This document shows, piece by piece, positions 52,314 through 64,000 of a stretch of DNA of 64,000 nt (its first letter is position 1; every line of letters begins with the position of its first letter). Under the pieces are notes generated by a model, which ran no database searches, was not told the DNA's origin, and worked only from the letters and a program-made list of their open reading frames with translations. Origin of the DNA: Rozella allomycis CSF55 (lineage: Eukaryota); contig KE561209.1 in the NCBI GenBank assembly GCA_000442015.1, positions 186,001-250,000 of the forward strand, written 5' to 3'. The translations under genes were made by a program, and so were the position numbers.

Positions 52314-52703
52314 GACACTTTAATTTATTATATTAGAATCAGATACATACCATGTCATTTAAATAGCAATTGAAATTAAGGACTTGAGATTTCTACTTGT
52401 TCGGTTCTTTCAAATTGGTGGCCTTTAATAACAAGGTTCCATAAGTTGAACAAATTGCACCAATAAACAAAGAAAATTTTCTTTCTATTTTCTTCAAAAG
52501 GCATAATAAATCTCGCAATAAATATTCTTATTGCCATCCTTCCGGTTTGTTTTGTTCAGGTGCATCCACGTGAATTTCGAGAAATTGTTCATAACTGTGA
52601 TCGAAAGTTCAACCTCATTATCAAAGAGTGTGAATTGCACAACACGATTTGAAAATAAATGATAATCTAATAGATTAACTACATTCAACACAAATATTCT
52701 TTA

Positions 52704-55700
52704 TTATGAAAGATGAAAGGACAGTTGACCTTCATTGATTGCAACTAGCAACTTTTCTTTTAAAACCTCGTAGCTAGAATAATCTGGCAATTTCAGGTAG
52801 TTGGTGCATGTCATTGCGCTTGGGAGATAGACATCAGGGTCAGGGACTATCTTTTTCACGACAGTCAAGGGCGGTGATAGTGCCTTCAGTCCACCCACTG
52901 GAAGGTTTGAAGAACCGGTTGTGAATCGCAGAAAAAGAGACCTTTCTTCATTATTCAAAGAGGAGAGTAAACAAATCAAGTTTTGGAGACAGGGGGATTC
53001 AATTGTAAACCCGTGGTCTGCTTTAATTGATGAGGTTAGTACTAGATGAAATAATATGGAATAAATTACATTCAATAGACCATGGTTGGTCATCTCCATT
53101 GAGTAGAGAGAGAATTTGATTTGCTGTGAATATTTTCATTCTTTCGATTGGAATAACAGAGTTGAAACCAATTGAAAATTCATCGACCATCGGTTGCACA
53201 GAGTAGATTGTCTTCTCAATGATTAATTTTATGTAATTATTAATGTTTGAATTTTTGACTCTTTTTGATGATCCATTGGGGATTAATTCAATGTTAGACC
53301 CTGGTAGAACAAAGTAAAGATCTAAAGATTTAATATCTGAACACTTTTTGAGATTAATTAAAGAAGAAGCCAAGATTGGATCGATTGTGTGTAGAGTTGA
53401 AATATCATTAACAATTTGTCTCTTGAATACCAAATTAAGAAAAATGGGATTTAGAGGAAGATCTAAAATTCTGGAATCTGAAATAGCTTTAGCGCAAAGC
53501 ATTCCAATAGACTTGAATAAATCTAAATTTGATAAAGAAAATGAAGGAAATAGACCATTTTTAGTAGAAACAAATTCAGATGAAGAATCTTCAGATCTCC
53601 AAATATTTAAATAATTTTTTTGAAGTTCTTTTGAAATTAATGAATAAAATTCCAGGGTAGGACCAGTTCCAGTTCCAATTTCACTTTGATAAGTAAATTC
53701 TAAAACTGTTTTTTCTTTTGCATATTTTTGCATTGCCAATTTAAAATCTTTTAAAATTGTATTTCGATTCAATTCAAATTTTGATCTTTCAATTCTTTTT
53801 ATTCTCACACTCGTTAATGGATGAAGAGATTGAATTTTATGAAATGCTCTTGCTATGCCCAAACCAGTACAACAAAGATACATTTGTTTAGCTTCAAATG
53901 ATAAAAGAAAAGAAAGATTTTCAATTAGAAACATTAACCAATCTGGAAATAGTCTACTACAAACGTTACATGGATCAGATAATATCCTTATAACCTTTTT
54001 AGATAATCTTTCATTAACAAAATTCAACTTGTCATTAAAATTGTGAATTTTCTTCAAAAGAATAAAATAATTTAATAAATTAGATGATAAATCAATTGAA
54101 TTTTTAAAGTCTTCATTGATTTCTTCTTCGTTAACAGAATCAAGAATTTGTAAATTTCCAGGTTTATATTTAGAACATGAAATTTCAGAAATAGAAATGC
54201 ACTCAATTTCAATTCTTTTCTTGAAAGCAGCAAAATTGAATTTCTTTGAACAAATAGCTTGAAATAAAGTCATTTCATTATTTAATTTAACTCCCTTGTA
54301 AAAATATTCTAAATTATTTGATGAATGTCCATAACGGTATAAATGCCTGGTTATTGTTTCAAATGTAGCCAAAGGTTCAACGCTTATCGTTACTTCTTTT
54401 GAATTTTCACTTTTATTAATAATTTTAACCATTAATGGATTCATCATCATTTGAATTATTTGTTTTTGTGTTTGAGGATCTTTTATTGAAACTTTAAAAT
54501 CTTCTTCTTTTTCAATCCCTAGTTGAATTAAATTTATTAAATCTTGCATATTAATCAATTCAAATACTTTAAAATCTTTTCCATTCATCTTCTCAATCAA
54601 CATTTCTACAATTCCAATCTTTTCAAATTCAAATAGCGTAATTTCTTTTAAATTTATGAAACTTAAATTTGAATTCTTTATTGCTTCTTTCATCACAAAC
54701 AACTTTTCTTCTTCTTTGTTATCTTGACGTAAAATTCTAGTCAACAAATCCGCTTGAAAACAAATCCATCCTTGCACAGAATTATCATATCCATTAGATT
54801 TATTTTTCAAATCTTCTTCAAGCTTAGTTGGCAATATTTCACTTTCATCTTCTGTTTCAATTTTCTTTAGAGATTCTATCAACCCTTGCTTTTGTAATTT
54901 GACTTTAGTGGCTGAATCTGAAATCATTAAATTTATTAAATCAAAACATTGAACAATCAAAAAACATTTTTTAGACTTTAAAAGTAAATTAATTACATTA
55001 AATAGATTATCTACATGGCAACTCTTCAATAGATCAGTCAACAGCACAATACAGCCCACAGAATATTCACAAACTTCATTTTCATCTTCTAAAATATTCT
55101 TTATTAAAGGCAACAAACAATAATTTATTTCTTCATCTTTCATTTCAGCTTCAGATTCCAATGATCGCTCAAATCTCTCAAAATGCACAAATTTTATTTC
55201 TTCAGTCTTCAAAGGAATCAATTTCATTAATAATTTTATTGCCTCTTTTCTTATTTTAGCTTCACCCACTTCAATTATCTCTCCCAAACACTGAAACATT
55301 TTTCTTCTCCTTAAAACCTTAATAACTCTAGCATCCTTGGCTATAAACTTTTGCATTATTTTCATCAATTCTTTTCCATGTGTCTTGTGAAGTACAGCAG
55401 TAGCTAACCTCTCTGCCAGCTCATCATTCACTAATTCAAATACATCCACATCCACGTCTACATCACTCTCATCTTCACCATCTTCATCATAATAGCAAAT
55501 ATATCTAAATGTTCTCTTCAAACTAACCAACGCTTTTTCATAAACTATCTCATCTTAAATCATTCTATACCTTTTTCATCCATTTCCAAAGCCTGACTCA
55601 TCTTTCCTATCCATGGTATCACATCATCTATATCCATAATATTCCCACACAACAACGCAACACAAGACCACGCAGTCACTTGAATCTCAACAGGGAAAAA

Positions 55701-56132
55701 CTCAACAAACCCAAGAAACAACTCAATCCCTCCATTTTCCCATACCACATGCGGCAACTCATCACAAAACACTCTCATAATCTATTACACACAAAAATAA
55801 AAAATTACCCTAAAACACTCCTCCGCTATATCACAGTATCCAACATTCTCCTGCAAAATCCTCTTCAAAGTTCCAAACCCTCCAGACCTCATCAGCACAA
55901 CAGCTAGCCTCTTCACATCCTGCATAAAATTAGCAACACCCCTCAGCAAATACAGCAAACATTCCGGTTCACTCGTACACTCCAGCAAACGGGGCACACA
56001 CACCAAATATTTTTCCAAATCAGAGTAGCGAACATTGTATTCTTCAAACATCGTCAAACACCCAGACAACTCAATATGCAGCTCCAAATCGTTCGGATTT
56101 ACAAGCAGCTGGTCCAACAAAACACTTAGCAT
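52704..56132 (-). CDS. UFD4: HECT E3 ligase Ufd4/TRIP12
   Basis: N-terminal ARM (DIAEECF), EIGTGTGPTLEFY, ILDLPL, DHGFT, FTTGS..LPVGG, LPSAMTCTNYLKLPDYSS. Confidence 0.92.
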
Positions 56133-56174
56133 TTTGTTTGGTGGCTTAAGGATTTCTCTAATTAAAATTTGGAG

Positions 56175-56720
56175 ATGCCCGTTGATACTGAATTGGAGGA
56201 TATTGATTTATCACAGATGTATTTAGATAATGAATCGGTCGTTAAATACTCAAAGGAACATGCATTGGCACAATCAGATCAATTGACCTTTGCAAAGGGG
56301 CTCATTGAAACGGTCAATGCGCTGGAGATGCATTTGAGATTCACCAAAGATATGTCGCACAAGAAAGCATTGCAGGAAATTCATGCAAAGGTTCTCAGAG
56401 AATTTTATGCAAACACTAAAATCAAGCCAACTATTGTTCAAAAGAGGCTATGCTTGTGGTGTGGAGCTTTGGTTGTCGGTATTATGACGCATGCCGAATA
56501 CAAAAAGTGCCAGGAATGTCTAAAAATATTCATTGATTGTGAAGATTGCTTGAATCACACGGCTCCATACATTCCTTCATTACCCGCTAAATGTCTAAAA
56601 TGTCATGGCTGTGAAACGTTTAATATTCATAAAACGAAAGCTATTTGTAGGCCTAGAGTTTTGAAACTGTCAAAGCATGTAGGCGACATTGATCTTGGAG
56701 ACTCTATCATAAATCATTAG
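56175..56720 (+). CDS. Hypothetical Cys-rich protein
   Basis: Intronless ORF with four CxxC pairs (CLWC, CQEC, CEDC, CLKC). Confidence 0.55.
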   Translation: MPVDTELEDIDLSQMYLDNESVVKYSKEHALAQSDQLTFAKGLIETVNALEMHLRFTKDMSHKKALQEIHAKVLREFYANTKIKPTIVQKRLCLWCGALVVGIMTHAEYKKCQECLKIFIDCEDCLNHTAPYIPSLPAKCLKCHGCETFNIHKTKAICRPRVLKLSKHVGDIDLGDSIINH

Positions 56721-56836
56721 CGAATAAAACTAAAATGCTTTATATTTATGCAATACATTTGTAACTTGAATTATGTGCGATTAATTGATATATATATTGA
56801 CTAAATTAAGTTTAAAGATATGTTGGCAATGTTTAT

Positions 56837-58659
56837 TTATAGTGGTAACTCTTCCCTTTTAATCTTGGGATCATTCATAAGTGCTGTACGTAATGATATC
56901 TCATCATCGTAAACTGTGCAGANCTGTACGTAATGATATTTCATCATCGTAAACGGTACAGATATGAGCATCCGAAGTATCTACTTTATATTCGCGATTC
57001 ATCGGGTTGGTCTGAAATGCTTGATACATTCTGTATGGTTGATAATTAAGTTGTTGTATTTTTTGAAGCACGGTAATATCATCTCCCAGAAATACAGGTA
57101 TCATTTGCACGAATGCCAGCGAAAGCGGTACTGTCCTTGTGTCATCATAGGCCCAGACTTCGATTTTTAGTAGCTTGAAATATCCCGGTTTTAGCTGTAT
57201 AGTATTAAATTGAATGTTGGTGCCAATGAATCCTTCGGTGACCGGGCGCCATGCTGTTTGATACTCTGGCTTCAAGAACAAATGTAATCCGTCTAGGGCT
57301 ACTAATAGTTCTGTTTTAATGTATGTGGCTTTTATAGAAACAAACATATTCTGCCACCTGTCCTGTGACTGATAATTCATAAAGTTGAAGCTTGTAGGAT
57401 TGGCAAGATCTTCGAGAAAGCAAGGAACCCGTCCATGCCTATTTGAAAAGAGAAATGCATATGAGGATGGGGAATGTGCCAAAGTAAGAGCTATAATTAT
57501 GAATTTGAAGATTTAATTACAGAACCGGCCATACGGATTAATATAGCTTTCATAGTGAAAGGCACCATGTTCTGGGTACAAAATGTAGAGGGCTTGATTG
57601 TGATGAAAAAACATGTTTCTAAAATCCTCCATTGATCCATATCCCTCATCTAACTCCGCTATAGGTTGAAGCTTAGGAACAAAGTCACTGGCATGATCAT
57701 TTTTCTCCTGCTGGACTATTGGTTCTGCTTGCGCACCAATATCATTTTTAGGGGTGCTTTCAGTGATAACAATTTCTGGAATAACTTCTGTATCAGGTGA
57801 AGCAGTAGACTTTGTTGATCTAGTCACTTTCTTTGGAGTATTCTTTCTAGGTCTTGGCGCAGGTTTTTTTCTAGGTGTTGCTTTTTTCTTTTGAATTTTC
57901 TTTTGCTTCTTATTCGGCCCCTCCTCTGGCCTTTCATCCTCGGCGTCATTGTTGATGGTAACAGCTGGGCTCGGCGGCAAAATAGTCATAGCATTTTCTC
58001 TTCCACTTTGCTTAAGCATGATGAGATTTTCAAACGCCAAATTAAATGCTTTTGGTTGTTTGAAATACATCGTCTCTGAAACTGGCATGCGCCCATCCTT
58101 GTTTGGATATACAGCCATGGCTAAAACTAGCGTATCAAGCTGTGAAGTAGAAGACGGATTTAAATGAAACTGCAATGAATAAAACATATAATGATTCTGA
58201 TCGGTGTTGGCAATATTATGGTTGCAAACCATGTCAGTGTCGAAAACAAAAGATTTTTGAGCTCCTTTGTCTTTAATTGTCCTAATGGAATCTTCATAGT
58301 GGTTAAAAAATGATGTTCTTTCGCTTCTGGCAGGCATTATCAAGTGTGACGACGTTAGAACATACTTTTTTTCAAGAGATCTAACTTTGACATTGAATTC
58401 TACAGGTATTCCCACCTCATGAGGTTCTTCGTAGGCTGCGACTATAAATGATTCTGAAAAGGTATTGTAATCGATAAAAGGTATCATCACTAAGCGCTTG
58501 TTAAGTGTCAATTCAACCACTTGGGTTATTGTATCGAATTAACTTACCTGCATCATTTGACTGGTACTGGAGCTGGTTAGGTTTAATAGTTACTAACCAT
58601 TCATTCGAAGTAATGAATGGAAGTAGAGAAAACAGTACAAGATATATGATGTCTTTCAT
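56837..58659 (-). CDS. Hypothetical secreted protein with basic NLS-like tract
   Basis: Spliced model starts MKDIIYLVLFSLLPFITS; three GT-AG introns; PNKKQKKIQKKKATPRKK; duplicated block at N 56922. Confidence 0.55.
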
Positions 58660-58967
58660 CTGTTTAGGAATTGGTGGCTAATTAAGTGAATGCACGTGAA
58701 CTCCAAAAGTATATTGTTGACAGATGAGGGACCTTCCTAATTTGGAAAGAGACGTTCCTTCAGAACGACACATTTTTTTGTTAATTAAGAATAATCAAAT
58801 CCAAATGCCGTTCACAACAATTCTTTTCCAAATAGTGCTCGTTAAAATGTGAATAATACTACAAAACTATAGAGGTAAAAATGATATAAAAAAGTTCTAG
58901 ACCTTTATTATAATTTTGATACCTTAATGTCTTCAAAAATGCAGAGTAATATACGAGAATAACTTTA

Positions 58968-60949
58968 CTAATATATTCCTTGTGCAGGTCCATTAACGGT
59001 GCTATTTGGATGACCAATGGTAGAATAAACATTTATTTTCAGTTCTTTTAGTATTTGATCTATTCTCTGAAGAAACTTTGCAAATCTGGCGCATTTAAGA
59101 ACCGGGTCAGTAGTTGGTTTGGCGGTGACAATAACGGAGAATTTGATGAGTTCAAGAGAGAAAGTTTCAATAGGATAAATATCAATTTTAAGGAAATCCA
59201 AGCCATATTCTTTAACGAAAGAATTTAAATTAGTCTTTAACTGCGATAATTGTTCCCATGAAGTAGATGAAGATATTTCCAAGTCCACCCTTTGACGAAT
59301 CTCAGCCGATCTTCTAAAATTACCGATTTGAGAGTTTGAGAGAATATAATTAGGAAGATATATAATCTTTCTTTAATCATTTCAGTATTTGTTACCACTC
59401 CATCCCAACGCTTAACAATTGTGTTTAGTAAGTTGATTTTCTGTACCACATATTCCACCTTGTCTACACATATTCTAAAATCTTTAACTTTGAAATATTA
59501 CGTATCTCCAACATCGTAAGGATGCGATACAAATAGGAATATGACGGATTCAAACGTATTCTTGGCTGAATTGCCAACAATAACGTTAGTTGCAATTATT
59601 AATGAAGCTATAAGTGTTAATAAATTTTGGATTGCAATATCGTATAGGGCCAGCCATATAAATGCAAGAATAACAAGGCAAACTCCAAACAAAATTCGAT
59701 CCAATTTGCTCATGGCGTTTGCAACATCAACAAGCGATTTTGTTATATTTCCTTTCTCTTTGTAAACATTGACAATAAAATGCTTAAATTCTTTTCTCGA
59801 CAATTCCCCATTTTGATCAGTATCAATAACACCAAAAGCTTCCTGTAAAATCTTCTTATTGCTAAAACATATTTTCAAATCATCTTCTATTAAATAATCT
59901 CTTCCACTGTTCGCGCTATAAAACTGGAATAGTTCTTTAGCCGTTTTCTTTGCTTCTTGCAATGTTTTAACTTTGCTGTTAACTTTATACATATTTTCTA
60001 CTTTTAGCAACTTGAATGTATCCTTAAAGCTCTTCCAATCAAGCAATGGGTAATGCTCCTGTTCCAAATTGTCTGCAGTTTCAATTGTTTCTTCAGACCG
60101 TTTTTGATTGAATATTCTGAAGCTCATACCCTTTTTCTTCCTAGATATTAATTCATCAACAATTCGACTTTCATATCTATTTTTTAATAATCTTGCACTG
60201 TAAGCCATTTTATGAAAGTTAAATGCAATGTAGTGAATCATAAACTTTTCAATAGCGTACATGACAGAAGAAATCATCACTCCGATTAATATACGCCTTA
60301 TTTCTATTAGAATATTGCAATTAATCGAACAGGTTTGCAGATATGAGAAAATATAGACAATATAAAAAATTAGACAAAACGTCGTCCACAATATGTTTCT
60401 AACAGATGGTTGCATTTTCCTAAAATACTCCAGATATTCTCTTTTGGCCAATGATAAAGTTTTCCCTAGAATGAACGCTATTAAGCTGCAGAACATGTCG
60501 ATTAGAAAAATGGACGAATAGGCTACAGCAGCAAATATTGACCATACATGCGGAGGAATGTTAACTAACATGTATGACGAGGGTAAAGATATATCAAAAA
60601 CGACATACAAAATAGCCGGCAATGCTGCGACGGACATTCCCGCCACCATGGCGGCATAAAAGGACAGTTTATATCCTAAAAATACCAAGTCAACCTTGTA
60701 GAACCTTTTTGATGGATTTAACTTAATTTTGCTGTCTCTATTTGATTCATGGTCATCTAAATCATCGTCATTATTCCAATCAAAAACACTCATTCTGTTA
60801 ACTTCTAATGCTGCTTTCAAATTAGCGGGAGACCTTAGATTTTCATTTGTGAGAGAAGGTAAATCATTTGATTTCACTGATCGTAATATTTTGAAATCTC
60901 CTTTCAAGTTTGTTTCAGTAATCTGTATCTTTGGTGTTGTTTCTGACAT
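58968..60949 (-). CDS. MscS-like mechanosensitive channel with EF-hand (Msy1/Msy2 type)
   Basis: Multiple TM; FH..AY..R; EF-hand DTDQNGELS; FLFVSHPYDVGD; N.RRS. Confidence 0.88.
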
Positions 60950-61137
60950 TCTTGAAATCAAAACACTGCAATCAAAATATGAAAATTTTCTATCTGTTGT
61001 CATCAAAAACACCTTCGAAGCACATAAAAAATATCAGAGACAAAGACGACGCTTCTTGCCAAAAACGGATTCCTAAAATACACTCTTGAAATATAAGAAT
61101 TGTTTAACGTTTAATTCACAATTCGGATAATTCCGAA

Positions 61138-62172
61138 ATGAATTCTAATCCTGATGAGTGGTTATCCACCATCAAAGAATGTAAATTCTTACCCGAGTCA
61201 ACAATGAAAACTCTCTGCGATATTGTAAAATAATATCATATTTTGGAAGAGGTTAAAGATTACTTAATAGAAGAGTCCAACATACAACCCGTAAAAGCGC
61301 CTGTAACTATTTGTGGCGACATACATGGTCAATTTTATGATCTTCTGGAATTGTTCAAAGTTGGTGGCGATCTGCCTGACACAAATTACATTTTCATGGG
61401 AGATTTTGTTGATAGAGGGTACTATTCACTGGAGACCCTCACATTACTGCTGGTTTTAAAAGCCAAATATCCCGATAAAATAACATTACTAAGAGGGAAC
61501 CACGAGTCTCGACAAATCACAAAGGTTTACGGCTTTTACGGTAAAGTGGACTAGTAATACTTGAAAGATGAATGTCAACAAAAATATGGAAATGCAAATG
61601 TATGGAAGAATTGCTGCCAAGTGTTTGACTACTTAACTTTAGCAGCGGTAGCTCTATAATTTAATTGTCACAAGATTGTCGATGGTAGAATTTTGTGCGT
61701 TCATGGTGGATTGTCACCTGAAATTAGAACATTAGATCAAATCAGAATAATTCAGAGATGCCAAGAAATTCCTCCGCAAGGAGCATTTTGTGGTATTATT
61801 ACGATTTATTTTTTATTAGACCTTGTATGGAGTGACCCGGAAGATATAGACAACTGGGCTGTCAGTCCCAGGGGAGCGGGATACCTGTTTGGAAGAAAAG
61901 TAACATCAGAATTTAATCATGTTAACGATCTGAGTTTAATATGTCGAGCGCATCAATTAGTACAAGAAGGATATAAATTTATGTTCCCCAATCTAAACCT
62001 AGTTACAGTTTGGTCAGCACCAAACTATTGTTATCGATGTGGAAATGTAGCCTCTATCCTTAACGTAAAAGAAAATTTATCAGTGGACGAATCATGCTTT
62101 AAGATATTCAACGCTGTTCCAGATCAACAACGACAAGCACCTCAGAGACAGATAACTCCTTATTTCATGTAG
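61138..62172 (+). CDS. SIT4: Ser/Thr protein phosphatase PP6/Sit4 catalytic subunit
   Basis: [55 protein letters not shown]-terminal YFM. Confidence 0.92.
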
Positions 62173-62212
62173 TTTAAGCCAACGAATAAATTGACATATT
62201 ATTATTACTCAC

Positions 62213-63414
62213 AATGTCGTTTCGAAAGAAGTATAGTTTTTGGTTACCATAGTTTTCACTTTTATTGGTCTATGAGGAATGAAATAGCGCGTTCCCAAAC
62301 AAAATCTGCTGTATTAACTCGTGTGAGTGAAAACCTACGAAGATATTCCAATGCTAATTCTACCATGTCCTCCGCGAAAGTCGAAACGTCGAAAGACGAC
62401 GATGAGCTTGAAACTTACTTTAGGTCATTGAATAATTCTGTATCTCAGAAGAAAATAACTGAACCTCCACAGCTTCCAGGTTCGCAAAAGTATATGAAAA
62501 CGGCCCCAACAAGAAACAGCAATCAGAGCTCTATTATTGATAGGTCAAAAATTCTATTACAGAAAATCAAAGAAGATCACAAAAGCAAGACATTAAATCA
62601 GGAAAACGATTTTGAGGACACTGAAATCGACGGATCTACGAACCACGATTACGATCTCTCGTCGTCTCCTGAACCTTCCTATCGGTACAATGTTGAAAAA
62701 ACAGTGGATTCAAAACAAGAGTATGATGATGACTTTGAAAAAGATTCAACATCAACAGAATATGAGTCTGTCATTGGTGATTCTATTTTATCAAATGTTA
62801 AAACAATCAAGGATCTGGAGTTTACAGCAAAAGATATAAAGGGATCAGAGGGTAATAGAAATTCAACGTTTAATACATCAAATTCGTTCAACCAAAATGA
62901 AAATATTAAAGAAATCGGTTCCTATCCAGATAAAGCAAGAGACAATAATGTTAAATTTGAAAATACTAACTCAAGCATTAAAACGAAAGAACCCGACACT
63001 AATATTGAAAGAAACAAGAAAATTTCAAAAAATATTGGTGATGATGAAAATCAACCCTCTGCCATTATCGTGAATAATGATCACAATAGGGAACGTACCA
63101 TTTCTACTATACATGACGAAATTTTGAATTCAAGGTCTAACGATAAAGGATCTTCCCATGACAAAGATTTTGTGAGTAGAGAAATTCAATGCGATCTCTT
63201 AATGGCAGCACACACTCCTCATACCGCGTCCATCGACGCAATTTTGACTATTTGCCAAAAGAAAATCGAATATAATCTTCAAAGCTCGGATATATTATTG
63301 CTATCCAGGAACATTGGAACAAGAGCATCAGATAACTCTTACAGGATTCACAGAAGCATCTTTTCCAGCCGTCTAAATCAATGGACATCGCAACTTTTAT
63401 CTCAGCGTAAATAA
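62213..63414 (+). CDS. Hypothetical low-complexity (S/N/D/E/K-rich) protein
   Basis: ~400-codon open frame; start uncertain (62213 via intron or 62272). Confidence 0.55.
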
Positions 63415-63626
63415 ATGGGAGCTTTATTTTTAACATTCCGCACGGTTAAATTAATGCTACTGCGCCTCCATGTGGCTCGGCGGAAATGGAACGGTTCCCA
63501 AACTCATTTATTTATGTGTCCACGGCAGCCATTCCATTGTTCTTGTCTTTATTTAGCTGTCTTTTTATACTTGCGAAACCACGTAAATCTGATCAAGAAT
63601 CTCTATATTCTTTGAGCCCTCTAAAA

Positions 63627-64000
63627 ATGGTCTTGCAAGCGGCTATTACAATTCTAGTTACTGCGCTTTCAGCAAATATTTTTGGATTAGTTTTTTCTGT
63701 TTTAAGGTTTGAAGCATGGTATATGACCTGTCATTTTTCTCTTTTCGCATTGGCGTATACATTAAATGCGTCAACCTTCATCTACCACATCAAGAAAGTC
63801 AAATCATTAGGAATTAGTTTTCCAATTATTTGGACTGTGAAGCTTCTAATGATAGTTATGGCAATTGTAATTGATCTGATTAGTGAGCGTGTAAATAGTC
63901 TTTTATTCGGTGCACATGTCTTACACGGTTTTCTATTAGTGATCCTATTCTTATTTTCATTTTGGATTAAACACATTGAAAAATACAGGTACAGATATGA
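63627..64000 (+). CDS. Multi-pass membrane protein, 5' part (runs off window end)
   Basis: MVLQAAITILVTALSANIFGLVFSVL... open to base 64000 with about four hydrophobic segments. Confidence 0.55.
   Translation, partial: MVLQAAITILVTALSANIFGLVFSVLRFEAWYMTCHFSLFALAYTLNASTFIYHIKKVKSLGISFPIIWTVKLLMIVMAIVIDLISERVNSLLFGAHVLHGFLLVILFLFSFWIKHIEKYRYRY

Noticed and set aside
52494-52691. Short minus-strand ORF between the GTPase-like gene and UFD4
   Set aside because: No recognisable motif or convincing spliced model

Overview
AT-rich, very gene-dense eukaryotic DNA with about 40 protein genes interrupted by many tiny spliceosomal introns (mostly 26-30 nt). The fungal-type housekeeping genes together with basal-body/flagellar-type genes (CEP76/CC2D2A-like, STK33-like) suggest an early-diverging zoosporic fungus or a Cryptomycota (Rozella-like) genome; this is an inference. 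Bases 1-37 kb and 59-64 kb are packed conserved genes plus tRNA-Gly and a tRNA-derived SINE-like element. Bases 37-42.8 kb hold decayed copia and gypsy retroelements with assembly gaps. Bases 42.9-58.7 kb are a looser accessory zone with lineage-specific, mostly intronless secreted or membrane genes. The most striking signals concern splicing. Several tiny introns in conserved genes restore the protein only with a non-AG 3' splice site (GT-TG in SLY1 and HMG-CoA lyase; GT-CG, GT-TG and GT-GG candidates elsewhere). MTG1 carries a U12-type (ATATCCTT...TCTTAAC...AA) intron. Many 27-nt introns are in frame and stop-free. Gene models were spliced by eye, and family calls rest on motif recognition, not database searches.
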